A DNA stretch of 33,850 nt from a virus. Its lineage: Duplodnaviria > Caudoviricetes. Location of the stretch: IMG/VR virus record IMGVR_UViG_3300020430_000003, positions 1-33,850 of that record; one strand, written 5' to 3'. A program made the position numbers and the translations under genes. Below are positions 9,299-18,612 of the stretch, piece after piece (the first letter of the stretch is position 1; every line of letters starts with the position of its first letter). The notes below the pieces were generated by a model that worked only from the letters and a program-made list of their open reading frames with translations, was not told the DNA's origin and did not search any database.

Positions 9299-12163
9299 AT
9301 GGTAAACGTTGCACAAAGCTTACGAGCGTTTTTTAAAAATCAGATAGACCAAGCTGAAGAAAAATCGTTTGGTGGCTTAACCCCTACTGATGATATTACC
9401 CCCGGCCCCGGTGGTTCATTAATTATTAAGGGCATGGATGACTCAGATGTCGAAGCTCTTAACGCTACGCTTGAAGCGGGTGGTTTTAAAGGTGGCTTAA
9501 ACCTTGGTCGTATTGGTGAAATCTTTGGTGAAAATGCTGATGATTTTAATTTAGAAACAGTTCTTACTAATATTAAAAACAATAACAAAGAATTATTTAA
9601 GCACTTACGTCGTGACAAAAAAAGTATGGAAGAACTTTTAAACCAGTCTGGTTTTCAAGATGCTGCGTACAAATTGTTAAAAAGAAAACCCGGCGAAGTG
9701 TTGCCGCCTGATGACGTTCTTACTGGTATAGTTGCATTTATTAAACTTGGTAAAGAGTTACAGCATACCGCATTGAAGGCTAGAAATAGCACTGACCCTG
9801 AGATTCGGAAGGCAGAATTTAAAAAGCTACAGATAATGGCAACTGTGCAATCTAACCTAGCAGCGCAAGTGTCTGGCAATGTTTCTGAGTTTGCAAGAGG
9901 TATGGCTGTAGTTAGGAATGTTAGTAAGCTACAAGATTTAAACTTATCACAAATGTCAGAAAGTTTAGACCAGTGGGTTAACGAAGCTGACGAAGGAATG
10001 ATTGATTATCACCTTGAAGCTTTCCTACAAATGAATAGTCCATTGGCTAGAGCAAAGTATGCAGAGCAAGGCTTCTTAGCAAAAACTTATGACGTTGCGA
10101 TGGAGAACTACATCAACGCGCTACTAAGTTCACCGACAACGCATATAGTTAACATGGCGGGTAACGCTAGTTTTCAGTTTCTTTCCCTAGCAGAACGTGG
10201 TCTTGCTGGGACAATAGGAAACATTAGAACACTAGGCGGTTTGCGTGGTGAGGTTGGGGATCAAAGGTATATAGGCGAAGCAGCAGCCGAAATGCACGGC
10301 ATGATGATGGCTCAGAAAGATGCCCTTTTGCTAATGGCTAAAACCTTTGTTACGGGTGAAGGCGGCGATCTTGTTTCTAAGATTGATTTAAAAAACAGAC
10401 GGGCTTTAGGTAGTTCAGATAATGTCGCTGACATTTATGAAGCAATGGCACAAGGTGACTTTTTCAAAGCTTCTGTTGATACATTAGGCATAGCCACAAG
10501 AATACCGGGTCGGCTGTTAGCGTCTGAGGATGAATATTTTAAGGTCATTTCTATGAGGCGTGTGCTTTATCGAGAAGCTCACCGAGAGTCACAGATAGCT
10601 TATACTATGGCTAGAAGAAGTGGTATTGATAGAACGACCGCTAAACAAATGGCGCAAGATAAATATAGCGACGTCATGATAAACCCTTCCGATAGTCTTA
10701 AAGAAATGATGGTAACTGAAGCTCGTAAGCTGACATTTCAAGGAACGCCTGAAGGTGTGTTTGGATATATATCAAGAGGTGTAAATGTCCCGTACTTAAA
10801 ACCAGTTGTGCCTTTCGTTAATACACCGACCAACGTTGTTAAAGAAGCGTTTGATAGAACGTTAAATATTTATCAAGTTTATAACGCTATTAAAAAAGGA
10901 TCTGGTCCTGAATTAGATGATGCTCTCGCTAAACTTGCTCTAGGCAACACTATAGCGATGACTATGTTTGGTATAGCTAATGGCGACTATGGTGATGAGA
11001 TTGTTATCAATGGTAGTGGTCCAGAAAATTTTAGCACCAATATTAATATCATGGGAGCCGCCAACGTGCCGCCCTACTCTATTGGTATTAAGCAAGAAGA
11101 TGGCACATATGAGTATACAACCTTTAGCCGTTTAGATCCTTTGTCAGCATTGCTAGTTATGGGCGCAGATTTAGCCCAATATTCTAAGTATCATGAAGAA
11201 GATATTTCACTGCTAGACCCAAAAGACTACGATGATATTATTAAAAATTATGTTTTAGCTGCTTCTGATTACGCTACAAATATGCCGTTTTTACAAGGAG
11301 TTGCTGAACTTCAGGCTGCGGCTGGCGGACAGTTCCAAACAAAAGAAGACTTTATTAAAAGAATGGCTAAATGGACGGGTGGACAAGTTGGCAATGTAGG
11401 AACAAATGTGATCGGTAATATTGACCGAGCGACCTTTGGATTGCCCAGTTATGCTGTTAATACCTTAAGTGGCGGTGAGTATAACTTAATTAGTCAATCG
11501 TCTTTTAGCGCATTGATGGAAAGAATGCACAACCCAGTAGCCAGCAATACAATGTTGGGAGAAGGTACAGATCCTTTAACCGGGGAACTAATGACTGAAG
11601 TGCCAGCATTTCTTCAGGGCTTCTATATTGCATTGAATAAAGCAAAGTCGAGAAATCCATATACAAGCGATGAACTGCCCGTCGGTTTAAATTTTTGGGG
11701 CAACCCGAGAACGCAGGGCAAAGGAACTTTAGGTGAGTCATTAAGTCCGTTTAGAGTACAGCAAGGCGGGTATAGTGATGTAGATAATGAACTTATTAGA
11801 TTGAGTGAAGTTGGTGCGGGTTCTCTAAGCTTTCACAGTAAAAGAATAGAACAAGTATTATTAAATGCTAATGAATATAATCAGTTTGTAAGACTTATAA
11901 ATGAGGTTGATAGTGAGGGGCGCGTTCTTGGTGAGGTTGGGTTTGACCCAAATGACACACTGCTTAACGCTTTACGAGATGAAATAACAAACTCAGAAAG
12001 TGATTATTTTTCGTTGTCTACAGATGAAGATAGGTTTGATGCTCTAAACTCAATAGTTTCAAATCGACGTAGTGGAGCTAGAAAAAGATTAATCAACGAG
12101 ACTCCAAGTCTTCAGCACTTAATGCAAGATGATAATGATATGATGACAAATGTGTTTGATTAG
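9299..12163 (+). CDS. Large internal virion (ejection) protein, gp16-like
   Basis: 954 aa; INALLSSPTTH.VN, PGRLLASEDEYFK and PFVNTPTN motifs typical of large podoviral core proteins. Confidence 0.7.
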   Translation: MVNVAQSLRAFFKNQIDQAEEKSFGGLTPTDDITPGPGGSLIIKGMDDSDVEALNATLEAGGFKGGLNLGRIGEIFGENADDFNLETVLTNIKNNNKELFKHLRRDKKSMEELLNQSGFQDAAYKLLKRKPGEVLPPDDVLTGIVAFIKLGKELQHTALKARNSTDPEIRKAEFKKLQIMATVQSNLAAQVSGNVSEFARGMAVVRNVSKLQDLNLSQMSESLDQWVNEADEGMIDYHLEAFLQMNSPLARAKYAEQGFLAKTYDVAMENYINALLSSPTTHIVNMAGNASFQFLSLAERGLAGTIGNIRTLGGLRGEVGDQRYIGEAAAEMHGMMMAQKDALLLMAKTFVTGEGGDLVSKIDLKNRRALGSSDNVADIYEAMAQGDFFKASVDTLGIATRIPGRLLASEDEYFKVISMRRVLYREAHRESQIAYTMARRSGIDRTTAKQMAQDKYSDVMINPSDSLKEMMVTEARKLTFQGTPEGVFGYISRGVNVPYLKPVVPFVNTPTNVVKEAFDRTLNIYQVYNAIKKGSGPELDDALAKLALGNTIAMTMFGIANGDYGDEIVINGSGPENFSTNINIMGAANVPPYSIGIKQEDGTYEYTTFSRLDPLSALLVMGADLAQYSKYHEEDISLLDPKDYDDIIKNYVLAASDYATNMPFLQGVAELQAAAGGQFQTKEDFIKRMAKWTGGQVGNVGTNVIGNIDRATFGLPSYAVNTLSGGEYNLISQSSFSALMERMHNPVASNTMLGEGTDPLTGELMTEVPAFLQGFYIALNKAKSRNPYTSDELPVGLNFWGNPRTQGKGTLGESLSPFRVQQGGYSDVDNELIRLSEVGAGSLSFHSKRIEQVLLNANEYNQFVRLINEVDSEGRVLGEVGFDPNDTLLNALRDEITNSESDYFSLSTDEDRFDALNSIVSNRRSGARKRLINETPSLQHLMQDDNDMMTNVFD

Positions 12164-12178
12164 TGTACAAATACCACA
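12164..12178 (+). promoter_or_regulatory. TGTACAAA-family intergenic motif upstream of the tail fibre gene
   Basis: TGTACAAATACCACA; related copies at 18459, 27588, 27611 (minus) and 33708. Confidence 0.5.
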
Positions 12179-12193
12179 AGTGAGGTGTAGTAA

Positions 12194-13024
12194 ATGGCTA
12201 CGTTTAGTGTATTAGACCAACTAAGGCGAACTCAGGGAACTGGTGACGGTTCTAATACTGAGTTTAGTTTTAGTTTTCAGGTCAACAATACGAGCGATAT
12301 AAAGGTGCATGTAGGCACTACGCTCCAAACAGAAAGTACCCACTATGATATAGTGGACAGTACAAATACGGCTGGTCTAAACGCAGACGGTACGGGCAAG
12401 GTAAAGTTTATTACGACCCCTACTGACTACACCCCAGCTAATGGTGCTACTGTTACTATTCATTCAGATGTACCTTTGGCTCGGACGTCTGTCTATAACT
12501 CGGGTGGCAACATCACAGCTACAGCTTTAGAAAGTGATTTCGACACAATTACTATGCAAGTAGCTGACAGAGAGGAGCGTGACGCTAGAGCGTTGACTGC
12601 TCCTATAACTGACCCGGTTACTGTAGATATGGCTATACCCTCCAAGGCTGCACGATTAGGGTACGTATTGGGTTTTGATGACACTACTGGCAACCCTATT
12701 CTCGGCCCTAAAATAAGTAACTTTAGTACGCTTACTTCTATATCTGCGGATATTGCGACACTTGCCGACATAGAAGACGGTACAGTAGCGACAACGGCGA
12801 TTTCTAGATTGGCAGCTATCGAAACTGATATGGCTGCCTTGGCTGCTATCAAACAAGAAATCATAGATTGCGCTGCTGGTTTAATTCACACCACACCAAT
12901 AAGCCGCGGCGGTACTGGTGCGACAACAGCTGCACAAGCAAAAATTAACTTAGGAATAACAGACGGAATTACACTTCAACAAGCTTCAGATGAATCAATA
13001 CCAATGGCAATTGCATTAGGATAG
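12194..13024 (+). CDS. Tail fibre protein with T7 gp17-like N-terminal attachment domain
   Basis: GDGSNTEFSFSF.V....DIKV and A.ALE.DFD.ITM..Q motifs; ISRGGTGATTA repeat; C-terminal AIALG. Confidence 0.8.
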   Translation: MATFSVLDQLRRTQGTGDGSNTEFSFSFQVNNTSDIKVHVGTTLQTESTHYDIVDSTNTAGLNADGTGKVKFITTPTDYTPANGATVTIHSDVPLARTSVYNSGGNITATALESDFDTITMQVADREERDARALTAPITDPVTVDMAIPSKAARLGYVLGFDDTTGNPILGPKISNFSTLTSISADIATLADIEDGTVATTAISRLAAIETDMAALAAIKQEIIDCAAGLIHTTPISRGGTGATTAAQAKINLGITDGITLQQASDESIPMAIALG

Positions 13025-13034
13025 GAGAAAAATA

Positions 13035-13484
13035 ATGGCTGATGATGCAGTAGTAACAGTCTCGGCAACGGTGTTGCCAGACGAAATACAAAAGACGTTT
13101 TCGTCTTCGATGACGGTAAGTCCAGCGGATGGAAACGATAAATGGTACTATAAACTTACAAGCGTAAGTAACGCTAGCACAGACCTGATGGCTGGCTATT
13201 ACACTGATTACACGGCTGTAGACGATGATACCGCACCAACTGCAATTGATGCAGCTGACAAGGTAAAGTTTTTGTTTGTTAAAAACACTGACGCTGCTGA
13301 GAGCGTATATATAGTTTTGGATGGCGGCACTGCTGGTCCTACAACAGCAGATGGTCTTCACTTAGGCCCATCAGAGTCTTTGGCAGTGCGAGTACCAAAT
13401 GCAACCGTAGCGGATGTACACGCAATCAGTTCTGCTAGCACAGTAACTTGTATCGTGTGCGCTTTACTTGACGATGTAGCGTAA
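13035..13484 (+). CDS. Hypothetical beta-rich virion/tail protein
   Basis: 149 aa, SD AGGAG, within tail module. Confidence 0.6.
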   Translation: MADDAVVTVSATVLPDEIQKTFSSSMTVSPADGNDKWYYKLTSVSNASTDLMAGYYTDYTAVDDDTAPTAIDAADKVKFLFVKNTDAAESVYIVLDGGTAGPTTADGLHLGPSESLAVRVPNATVADVHAISSASTVTCIVCALLDDVA

Positions 13485-13493
13485 GGATAGGTT

Positions 13494-13802
13494 ATGGCTA
13501 ATACATTTAAAAACCATACTAAGGCTTCTATAGGAACAACTGGTCAAAGTATCTATACAGTTCCAAGTGGCACTACGTCTGTTATGATTGGCCTTAACCT
13601 TGCTAATACCTCTGCTTCTCAAGTGACTGGTGATGTTTTGTTGAATGGCACCCACATTGTTAAGAATGTTCCTATCCCTGCTGGTGCGGCGTTAGATGCG
13701 CTAGGCGGTAAAATAATATTAGAGGCTGGGAACAATGTAGTTGTTGAGTCAAGTGCAGCTAACAGCATTGACGTAATCCTAAGCGTATTGGAGCAAACAT
13801 AA
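13494..13802 (+). CDS. Hypothetical tail-associated protein
   Basis: 102 aa MANTFKN...YTVP...GGKIILE...SVLEQT type, commonly found after AIALG-ending fibres in marine phages. Confidence 0.65.
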   Translation: MANTFKNHTKASIGTTGQSIYTVPSGTTSVMIGLNLANTSASQVTGDVLLNGTHIVKNVPIPAGAALDALGGKIILEAGNNVVVESSAANSIDVILSVLEQT

Positions 13803-14014
13803 TGGCTGGATATATTGGTAGTCGTGCAGTTACTTCAGTGTCAAACACTGACAGCATTACAGTAACAGGTGACGTTACTTTTGATGGGGTTCTGACCAAC
13901 GATGACTCGATTGACGAAGATGTTACCATTTTGTCAGGCAGAAATGCAGCAGTCATTGGACCAGTAACAATAAATGCTGATGTAACAGTCACAGGGACTT
14001 TGACTATACTATGA
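13802..14014 (+). CDS. Short tail-fibre segment protein (MAGYIG paralogue 1)
   Basis: 70 aa; shares the MAGYIG start and GP.T....T.TV.G.L.I end with 15300..15758. Confidence 0.65.
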   Translation: MAGYIGSRAVTSVSNTDSITVTGDVTFDGVLTNDDSIDEDVTILSGRNAAVIGPVTINADVTVTGTLTIL

Positions 14015-14517
14015 GTGAGTTGTTTGTTGATAACATTAGCAATCAAGCTGGAACTTCAGCTATGACCATTGATACTAATGGTGTTGTAGCTACTCCAGCT
14101 AGGCCAGCTTTTAGCGTATATAGAGATAGTTCAGGAACTGAAGGAGTTGGTGGCAATGTTACTTTTACTGGGGTTCACTCAAATATAGGTAGTCATTACA
14201 GCACATCAACAGGCTTGTTTACGGCTCCTGTTGCTGGTTTTTATCAATTTAATCTTGTTGCATTTGGTAGTAATTCTACTGGTGGCGTAGTAGCTACTGG
14301 TCAACCTGTAGTAGCTCAACTTTACGATGTTACTAATTCATCTCCTCTTTCAATTGGATACTCTTATGTTAACACAGTGTCTCATCCTAATATGAGTTTT
14401 TCATCTGCTCACAAACTTAATGCTAATGATCAAGTTAGAATTTATGTGTCTAATCAGTATCTTTATAGTGATGCTAGTGACCAATATTTAAAGTTTTCAG
14501 GTTTTTTTATAGGATAG
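14011..14517 (+). CDS. C1q-like domain protein, putative receptor-binding head
   Basis: PAFSVY, NIGSHYSTSTGLFTAPVAGFYQF and terminal FSGFFIG are C1q signatures. Confidence 0.8.
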   Translation: MSELFVDNISNQAGTSAMTIDTNGVVATPARPAFSVYRDSSGTEGVGGNVTFTGVHSNIGSHYSTSTGLFTAPVAGFYQFNLVAFGSNSTGGVVATGQPVVAQLYDVTNSSPLSIGYSYVNTVSHPNMSFSSAHKLNANDQVRIYVSNQYLYSDASDQYLKFSGFFIG

Positions 14518-14520
14518 ATT

Positions 14521-14751
14521 ATGGCAAATTATAAAAACATATCTGTAACAAGACCAGATGGTACTGCTTCACATATTGATACAGCAGAATTAATATTACA
14601 AACAACAGATTGGACACAATTATCAGACAGTGGATTAACATCTGATTGTGTAGCGGCTTTTGCTACCTATAGAGCAAGCATAAGAACTATTAGAAAAAAT
14701 AACCCAGATAACCCAACTTGGCCTGATGCACCTACAGAGGAGTGGTCATGA
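14521..14751 (+). CDS. Tail fibre assembly chaperone
   Basis: L..TDWTQLSD...YRA.IR.I....WP..P pattern. Confidence 0.75.
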   Translation: MANYKNISVTRPDGTASHIDTAELILQTTDWTQLSDSGLTSDCVAAFATYRASIRTIRKNNPDNPTWPDAPTEEWS

Positions 14752-15299
14752 CCTCCATAATAAAAGTTGATGAGATACAAAATAAAAGCGGTACTACAGC
14801 TATAACTATTGATAGCAGTGGTAGAATATTACAGCCAGCTAAACCAGCGTTTAAGATGGAATTCCAAAATCCTTCACCATCAGCCGCTAATTATAGTTCA
14901 GCTTATCATTATTTTTTACCTGATACTATGGTTTTTAATGTTGGTAATCATGCAGAAATAACTGGAACTAAAGGTCAATTCACATGTCCTGTTAATGGAA
15001 TTTATTATTTTAGTTATTGTATAAATTTTAGTTCAGGAAATTCATCTGGTTATTTAGATGTACATATGCTTAAAAATAATGAGTTACTTGGTGGAGGCAC
15101 TGCTGCTGGAGGCTCTAATATTGATACCTCTGTAAGATATTTAGAAGATGTTCAGGGTGGGACTTATCAATCAGGTGTAAATAATGGTTTGCTTCAATTA
15201 AGTGCAAATGATGTAATCTGTCTTGAATTTGTTCTTGTAAACGATACTTCAGCTACGCTTAGAGATGGTTCATTTTTTCAAGGGTTTTTGGTGAGTTAA
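14748..15299 (+). CDS. Second C1q-like domain protein
   Basis: PAKPAF, GQFTCPVNGIYYFS and terminal FFQGFLVS; ATG 14748 with SD GAGGAG. Confidence 0.75.
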   Translation: MTSIIKVDEIQNKSGTTAITIDSSGRILQPAKPAFKMEFQNPSPSAANYSSAYHYFLPDTMVFNVGNHAEITGTKGQFTCPVNGIYYFSYCINFSSGNSSGYLDVHMLKNNELLGGGTAAGGSNIDTSVRYLEDVQGGTYQSGVNNGLLQLSANDVICLEFVLVNDTSATLRDGSFFQGFLVS

Positions 15300-15758
15300 A
15301 TGGCAGGATACATAGGCACAGTACCAGCACCTCAAGCTACTCAGATCAGGCAGACGTTTACAGCGACTGCTTCTCAGACAACCTTTGGTACTGCTGGTTA
15401 TACGGTGGGCTTTTGCGATATCTACATGAATGGCGTCCGTCTCATAAGTGGGACAGATTTCGTCGCAAGTAATGGTTCTGAGATTGTTCTTACTACAGGG
15501 GCTGCTGCTGGGGACATCATAGACTTTATCGCTTTTACTGCTGATGACACTGCTTCAAACATGGGTGGTGGCAAGTTTAAGGGTGATCGAGGTACGTTTG
15601 GTTCTGGCGGTGCTGATATATTTAGAGTGCATGAGCAAGAGCTAAACACTGATGTAACTATAGATGCTACTGAGAATGCATTAGCTAGCGGCCCTTTGAC
15701 TGTAGCTAGTGGTGTTACCTTGACTGTCACAACAGGAGGGAACTTGTCCATTGTCTGA
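15300..15758 (+). CDS. Tail-fibre segment protein (MAGYIG paralogue 2)
   Basis: 152 aa; FTATASQTTF...IYMNGVRL...DF.A.NG..IVL module plus the C-terminal motif shared with 13802..14014. Confidence 0.7.
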   Translation: MAGYIGTVPAPQATQIRQTFTATASQTTFGTAGYTVGFCDIYMNGVRLISGTDFVASNGSEIVLTTGAAAGDIIDFIAFTADDTASNMGGGKFKGDRGTFGSGGADIFRVHEQELNTDVTIDATENALASGPLTVASGVTLTVTTGGNLSIV

Positions 15759-16125
15759 GATACGAGCAACAACAATTAGTGATGAGACAGGTAACGGCCC
15801 TATTGCTTTGACTAAGCAACATGCTGCAAAGGCTTGGGGTGATTACAATCAATCAACTAATACAGTATTAGGGAGTTTTAATATAAGCTCTGTTACTGAT
15901 TTTGCTACAGGAAGGTTTGATGCAGTTTTGGCAACAAACATGAGTTCTACAGCTTATTCTGTTGTTGCAAGTTCTATAGGTAACAATAGCTCTTATTCAA
16001 ATACTTGTTCTGATTTAGACGCTAAAGCCACTGATGGTTTACGCATGAGAGTATTTCATAATAGTTCACACGCAAGTGCTGACTTAACAACTAACTCCTT
16101 TGTTTTTCACGGAGACCTAGCATGA
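15751..16125 (+). CDS. Tail adhesin-like paralogue 1 (AKAW...GDLA family)
   Basis: AKAW, SFNISSVTD..TG, ends HGDLA; TTG start with SD AGGAGG. Confidence 0.7.
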   Translation: MSEIRATTISDETGNGPIALTKQHAAKAWGDYNQSTNTVLGSFNISSVTDFATGRFDAVLATNMSSTAYSVVASSIGNNSSYSNTCSDLDAKATDGLRMRVFHNSSHASADLTTNSFVFHGDLA

Positions 16126-16487
16126 GTACTCTAAAGGTCACAAACATCCAAGCTACAGGTGAGACAGCTAGTCGTCCAGTGTCAGGTGTTGCTGCTGCTT
16201 GGTGCAACTGGGATTACACAGGGACAGTTTTAGACAGCATTAATACATCGAGTGTTACTAATAATAGCACAGGAAATAATACGCAATCTTATACAAATTC
16301 CTTTAGTAATGCTTTCTATAGCTATTCTGGTTCTGTCTCATACGTTAGAAGATACCTTTGTGGTGCTGCTTCTACTGGAGATGGAAGTAACCAGCTATCA
16401 GGTTCTACAAGAACTGCTGTGTATACAGATAGTGGTAGTATTAGTCAAAGCCATACAAGCACAAAAACTCACGGAGACTTAGCATGA
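16122..16487 (+). CDS. Tail adhesin-like paralogue 2 (GDLA family)
   Basis: AAAW, SINTSSVT..STG, ends HGDLA; ATGA coupling. Confidence 0.7.
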   Translation: MSTLKVTNIQATGETASRPVSGVAAAWCNWDYTGTVLDSINTSSVTNNSTGNNTQSYTNSFSNAFYSYSGSVSYVRRYLCGAASTGDGSNQLSGSTRTAVYTDSGSISQSHTSTKTHGDLA

Positions 16488-16885
16488 GCAGTACTCTAAC
16501 AGTCACCAATCTTACAGCTACTAATCTCACTGATGGTGGTGGCACGACTTCTACGTTTGCTAATGTTGTTGATGGGTCTATAAAAGCTTACTCAGAACAA
16601 GACAACACTGGAGTTACGGTTAACCAATCTCTTAATCAAAGCTCTATTACTGATGTCACTACAGGACACAAAGTACACACTTGGACAACAGCTTTTTCAA
16701 CTAACACTTATCTTGGCTTAGTTGGTCTAATAGGTAATAGAAATTCAACTACAGGTACAGTTAGAGGAGTTATGCCAGATGGTGCTTGGACAACAACAGC
16801 AGCAGATGTTCGTTACTCATATGCTCCAAGCACTGTTAGTGACGATACTCAAGCTGGTATGGCTGTAGTAGGAGACTTAGCATGA
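16484..16885 (+). CDS. Tail adhesin-like paralogue 3 (GDLA family)
   Basis: IKAY, SLNQSSITD..TG, ends GDLA; ATGA coupling. Confidence 0.7.
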   Translation: MSSTLTVTNLTATNLTDGGGTTSTFANVVDGSIKAYSEQDNTGVTVNQSLNQSSITDVTTGHKVHTWTTAFSTNTYLGLVGLIGNRNSTTGTVRGVMPDGAWTTTAADVRYSYAPSTVSDDTQAGMAVVGDLA

Positions 16886-17280
16886 GTACAATCAATGTCT
16901 CCAATATTAGCGATGGCACAAAAACTGTAGCGACCACAAATGTAACTAATGGTTCTGCAAAAGCATATGTTACTTTTAATGGAGTAAATTTAACTATTGC
17001 CACTGATAAAACTGGAGTTGATCAAAGTTTCAATATTAGTTCTGTTGTAGATGTTGCGGTAGGCAGAGGCACTGTTGGTTTTACAAATGCTATGTCTAGT
17101 TCTTACCATTGTTCTACAGCGAGTGCTGGTGATGCAAGTTCAAGTGCTGCTAGAAATATTATGGTTAATGATGGTTTAGCTAATACAACAACTACATGTC
17201 GTTTTCATATCGAAAACCATTCTAATACATTAGGCGATGCTGAGTATACAGGTATAGTAACACAAGGAGACTTAGCATGA
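16882..17280 (+). CDS. Tail adhesin-like paralogue 4 (GDLA family)
   Basis: AKAY, SFNISSVVD...G, ends GDLA; ATGA coupling. Confidence 0.7.
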   Translation: MSTINVSNISDGTKTVATTNVTNGSAKAYVTFNGVNLTIATDKTGVDQSFNISSVVDVAVGRGTVGFTNAMSSSYHCSTASAGDASSSAARNIMVNDGLANTTTTCRFHIENHSNTLGDAEYTGIVTQGDLA

Positions 17281-17690
17281 CTCACGGACATCTTTGGGAT
17301 AGATTAGCAGAAGCTAAGACAAGACTAAAACCTGTACAGTCTAAGTACAGAGTATTGTTCGAAGACCCAGCCACACCAGACGAACCAGCCAAGGTTCTAT
17401 GCCCTGATCCTAACTGGATGGCTTGTGCATTGGAGGGTGGGATACTGCCACCTATAGAGACTTATCAGCGTGACCGTTTAGTTCCTGATGGACAGCCTAA
17501 GGAGCATCCATACGCTAAACCTATTGGTGCTATGACAGAAGAAGAAGCAATAGAATACTTAATTCAAAAGGATATAGATCCGTCAGTATGGCGAGACTAT
17601 AAAGGAAACAGAACGATCATGAAGATTGTACCTGTCGAACTGATCCCTAGTGATCGATCATTTAGAAACGCATGGAGAATTATGCAATGA
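17277..17690 (+). CDS. Hypothetical protein, probable tail assembly factor
   Basis: 137 aa, ends P.DR.FRNAW; coupled to the GDLA array. Confidence 0.65.
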   Translation: MTHGHLWDRLAEAKTRLKPVQSKYRVLFEDPATPDEPAKVLCPDPNWMACALEGGILPPIETYQRDRLVPDGQPKEHPYAKPIGAMTEEEAIEYLIQKDIDPSVWRDYKGNRTIMKIVPVELIPSDRSFRNAWRIMQ

Positions 17691-18037
17691 CTACAACTTA
17701 CATCAATATAAATGGAGATGTCAGAGATGCATCTTCTCTAACTATACCTAGCGACAGAACCTTTAGAGAGGCTTGGCAGTATAACGAAAATGTTATTGAG
17801 ATTAACATGACTAAAGCAAAAGAAATTCACAGAGATAATCTCAGAGCAGAACGTGCGCCACGTTTAGAAGCACTAGATGTATCTTACATGAAAGCTTTAG
17901 AGGCTGGCTCAGGTGCAGCAGAGATAGCTACACAAAAGCAAACTTTACGTGACATCATAGCAGATGCTCGTATTGATAATGCAGCAGATGCTGACGCACT
18001 CAAAGCATTGGATTTGGCTACACTCTTAGGAGAGTAA
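17687..18037 (+). CDS. Hypothetical protein, probable tail assembly chaperone
   Basis: PSDRTFREAW, then AKEIH...LR..R...L..LD...KQ.LRD chaperone-like pattern. Confidence 0.6.
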   Translation: MTTTYININGDVRDASSLTIPSDRTFREAWQYNENVIEINMTKAKEIHRDNLRAERAPRLEALDVSYMKALEAGSGAAEIATQKQTLRDIIADARIDNAADADALKALDLATLLGE

Positions 18038-18038
18038 T

Positions 18039-18425
18039 ATGTCTAGAGCTAAGAACTTAGCTAACTTTCAGACTACGATTACTGATGGCACAACTTCAGT
18101 AGCTACTAGTACAGCAGTAGACGCTGTAAAAAATGGTGCTGCAAAGGCTTGGGCTAATGCTGATGGTACAGGAACAATAGCTTTAAGAGACAGTTTAAAT
18201 ACAAGTAGTATTACGGATTATAGCACAGGTCTAGTGCAGTTTAATTTTACAAATAATTTTGCAAACACAAATTATTGTCAAAGTTCAACTACAAATAACT
18301 GGCATTCGTATATGTCTCATGGAGGTAAAACTGTAAGCGAAACTTTTACTGTTGCAGGAAATAGTTCTCATTCTGCAACAGATAGCGCACAAATGAATTA
18401 TATAGCCCACGGAGACCTAGCCTAG
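18039..18425 (+). CDS. Tail adhesin-like paralogue 5 (GDLA family)
   Basis: MSRAKNLA start, AKAW, SLNTSSITD.STG, ends HGDLA. Confidence 0.7.
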   Translation: MSRAKNLANFQTTITDGTTSVATSTAVDAVKNGAAKAWANADGTGTIALRDSLNTSSITDYSTGLVQFNFTNNFANTNYCQSSTTNNWHSYMSHGGKTVSETFTVAGNSSHSATDSAQMNYIAHGDLA

Positions 18426-18483
18426 GTAATTATATGGACAATTTTTTATTAACTAAAGTGTACAAAAACTAGAGGTAACGTCT

Positions 18484-18612
18484 ATGCCACATATATACGA
18501 TTTAAATCCAAACCTACGCCCGGGCGGTGCGCCGAAGCCTAAGAAAAAAGCTGCGGCGAAAGAAGAAACTACCCCAAAGAAAAAGGCTGGGCGTCCTAAA
18601 AAGAAAAGCTAA
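18484..18612 (+). CDS. Small basic protein with an AT-hook-like motif (not in ORF track)
   Basis: 42 aa MPHIYDLNPNLRPGGAPKPKKKAAAKEETTPKKKAGRPKKKS; SD GAGGT; TAATG coupling to the next gene. Confidence 0.65.
   Translation: MPHIYDLNPNLRPGGAPKPKKKAAAKEETTPKKKAGRPKKKS

Larger units (their letters stand above)
16111..18421 (+). repeat. Dispersed direct repeat GGAGACYTAGC(ATGA) at paralogue junctions
   Basis: Copies start at 16111, 16473, 16871, 17266 and 18411. Confidence 0.85.

Noticed and set aside
14011-18425. Diversity-generating retroelement acting on tail genes
   Set aside because: No reverse transcriptase and no ~100-bp template/variable repeat pair with adenine-specific mismatches seen
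15751-18425. Invertible shufflon driven by the serine recombinase
   Set aside because: All paralogues and junction repeats are in direct orientation; no inverted silent cassettes
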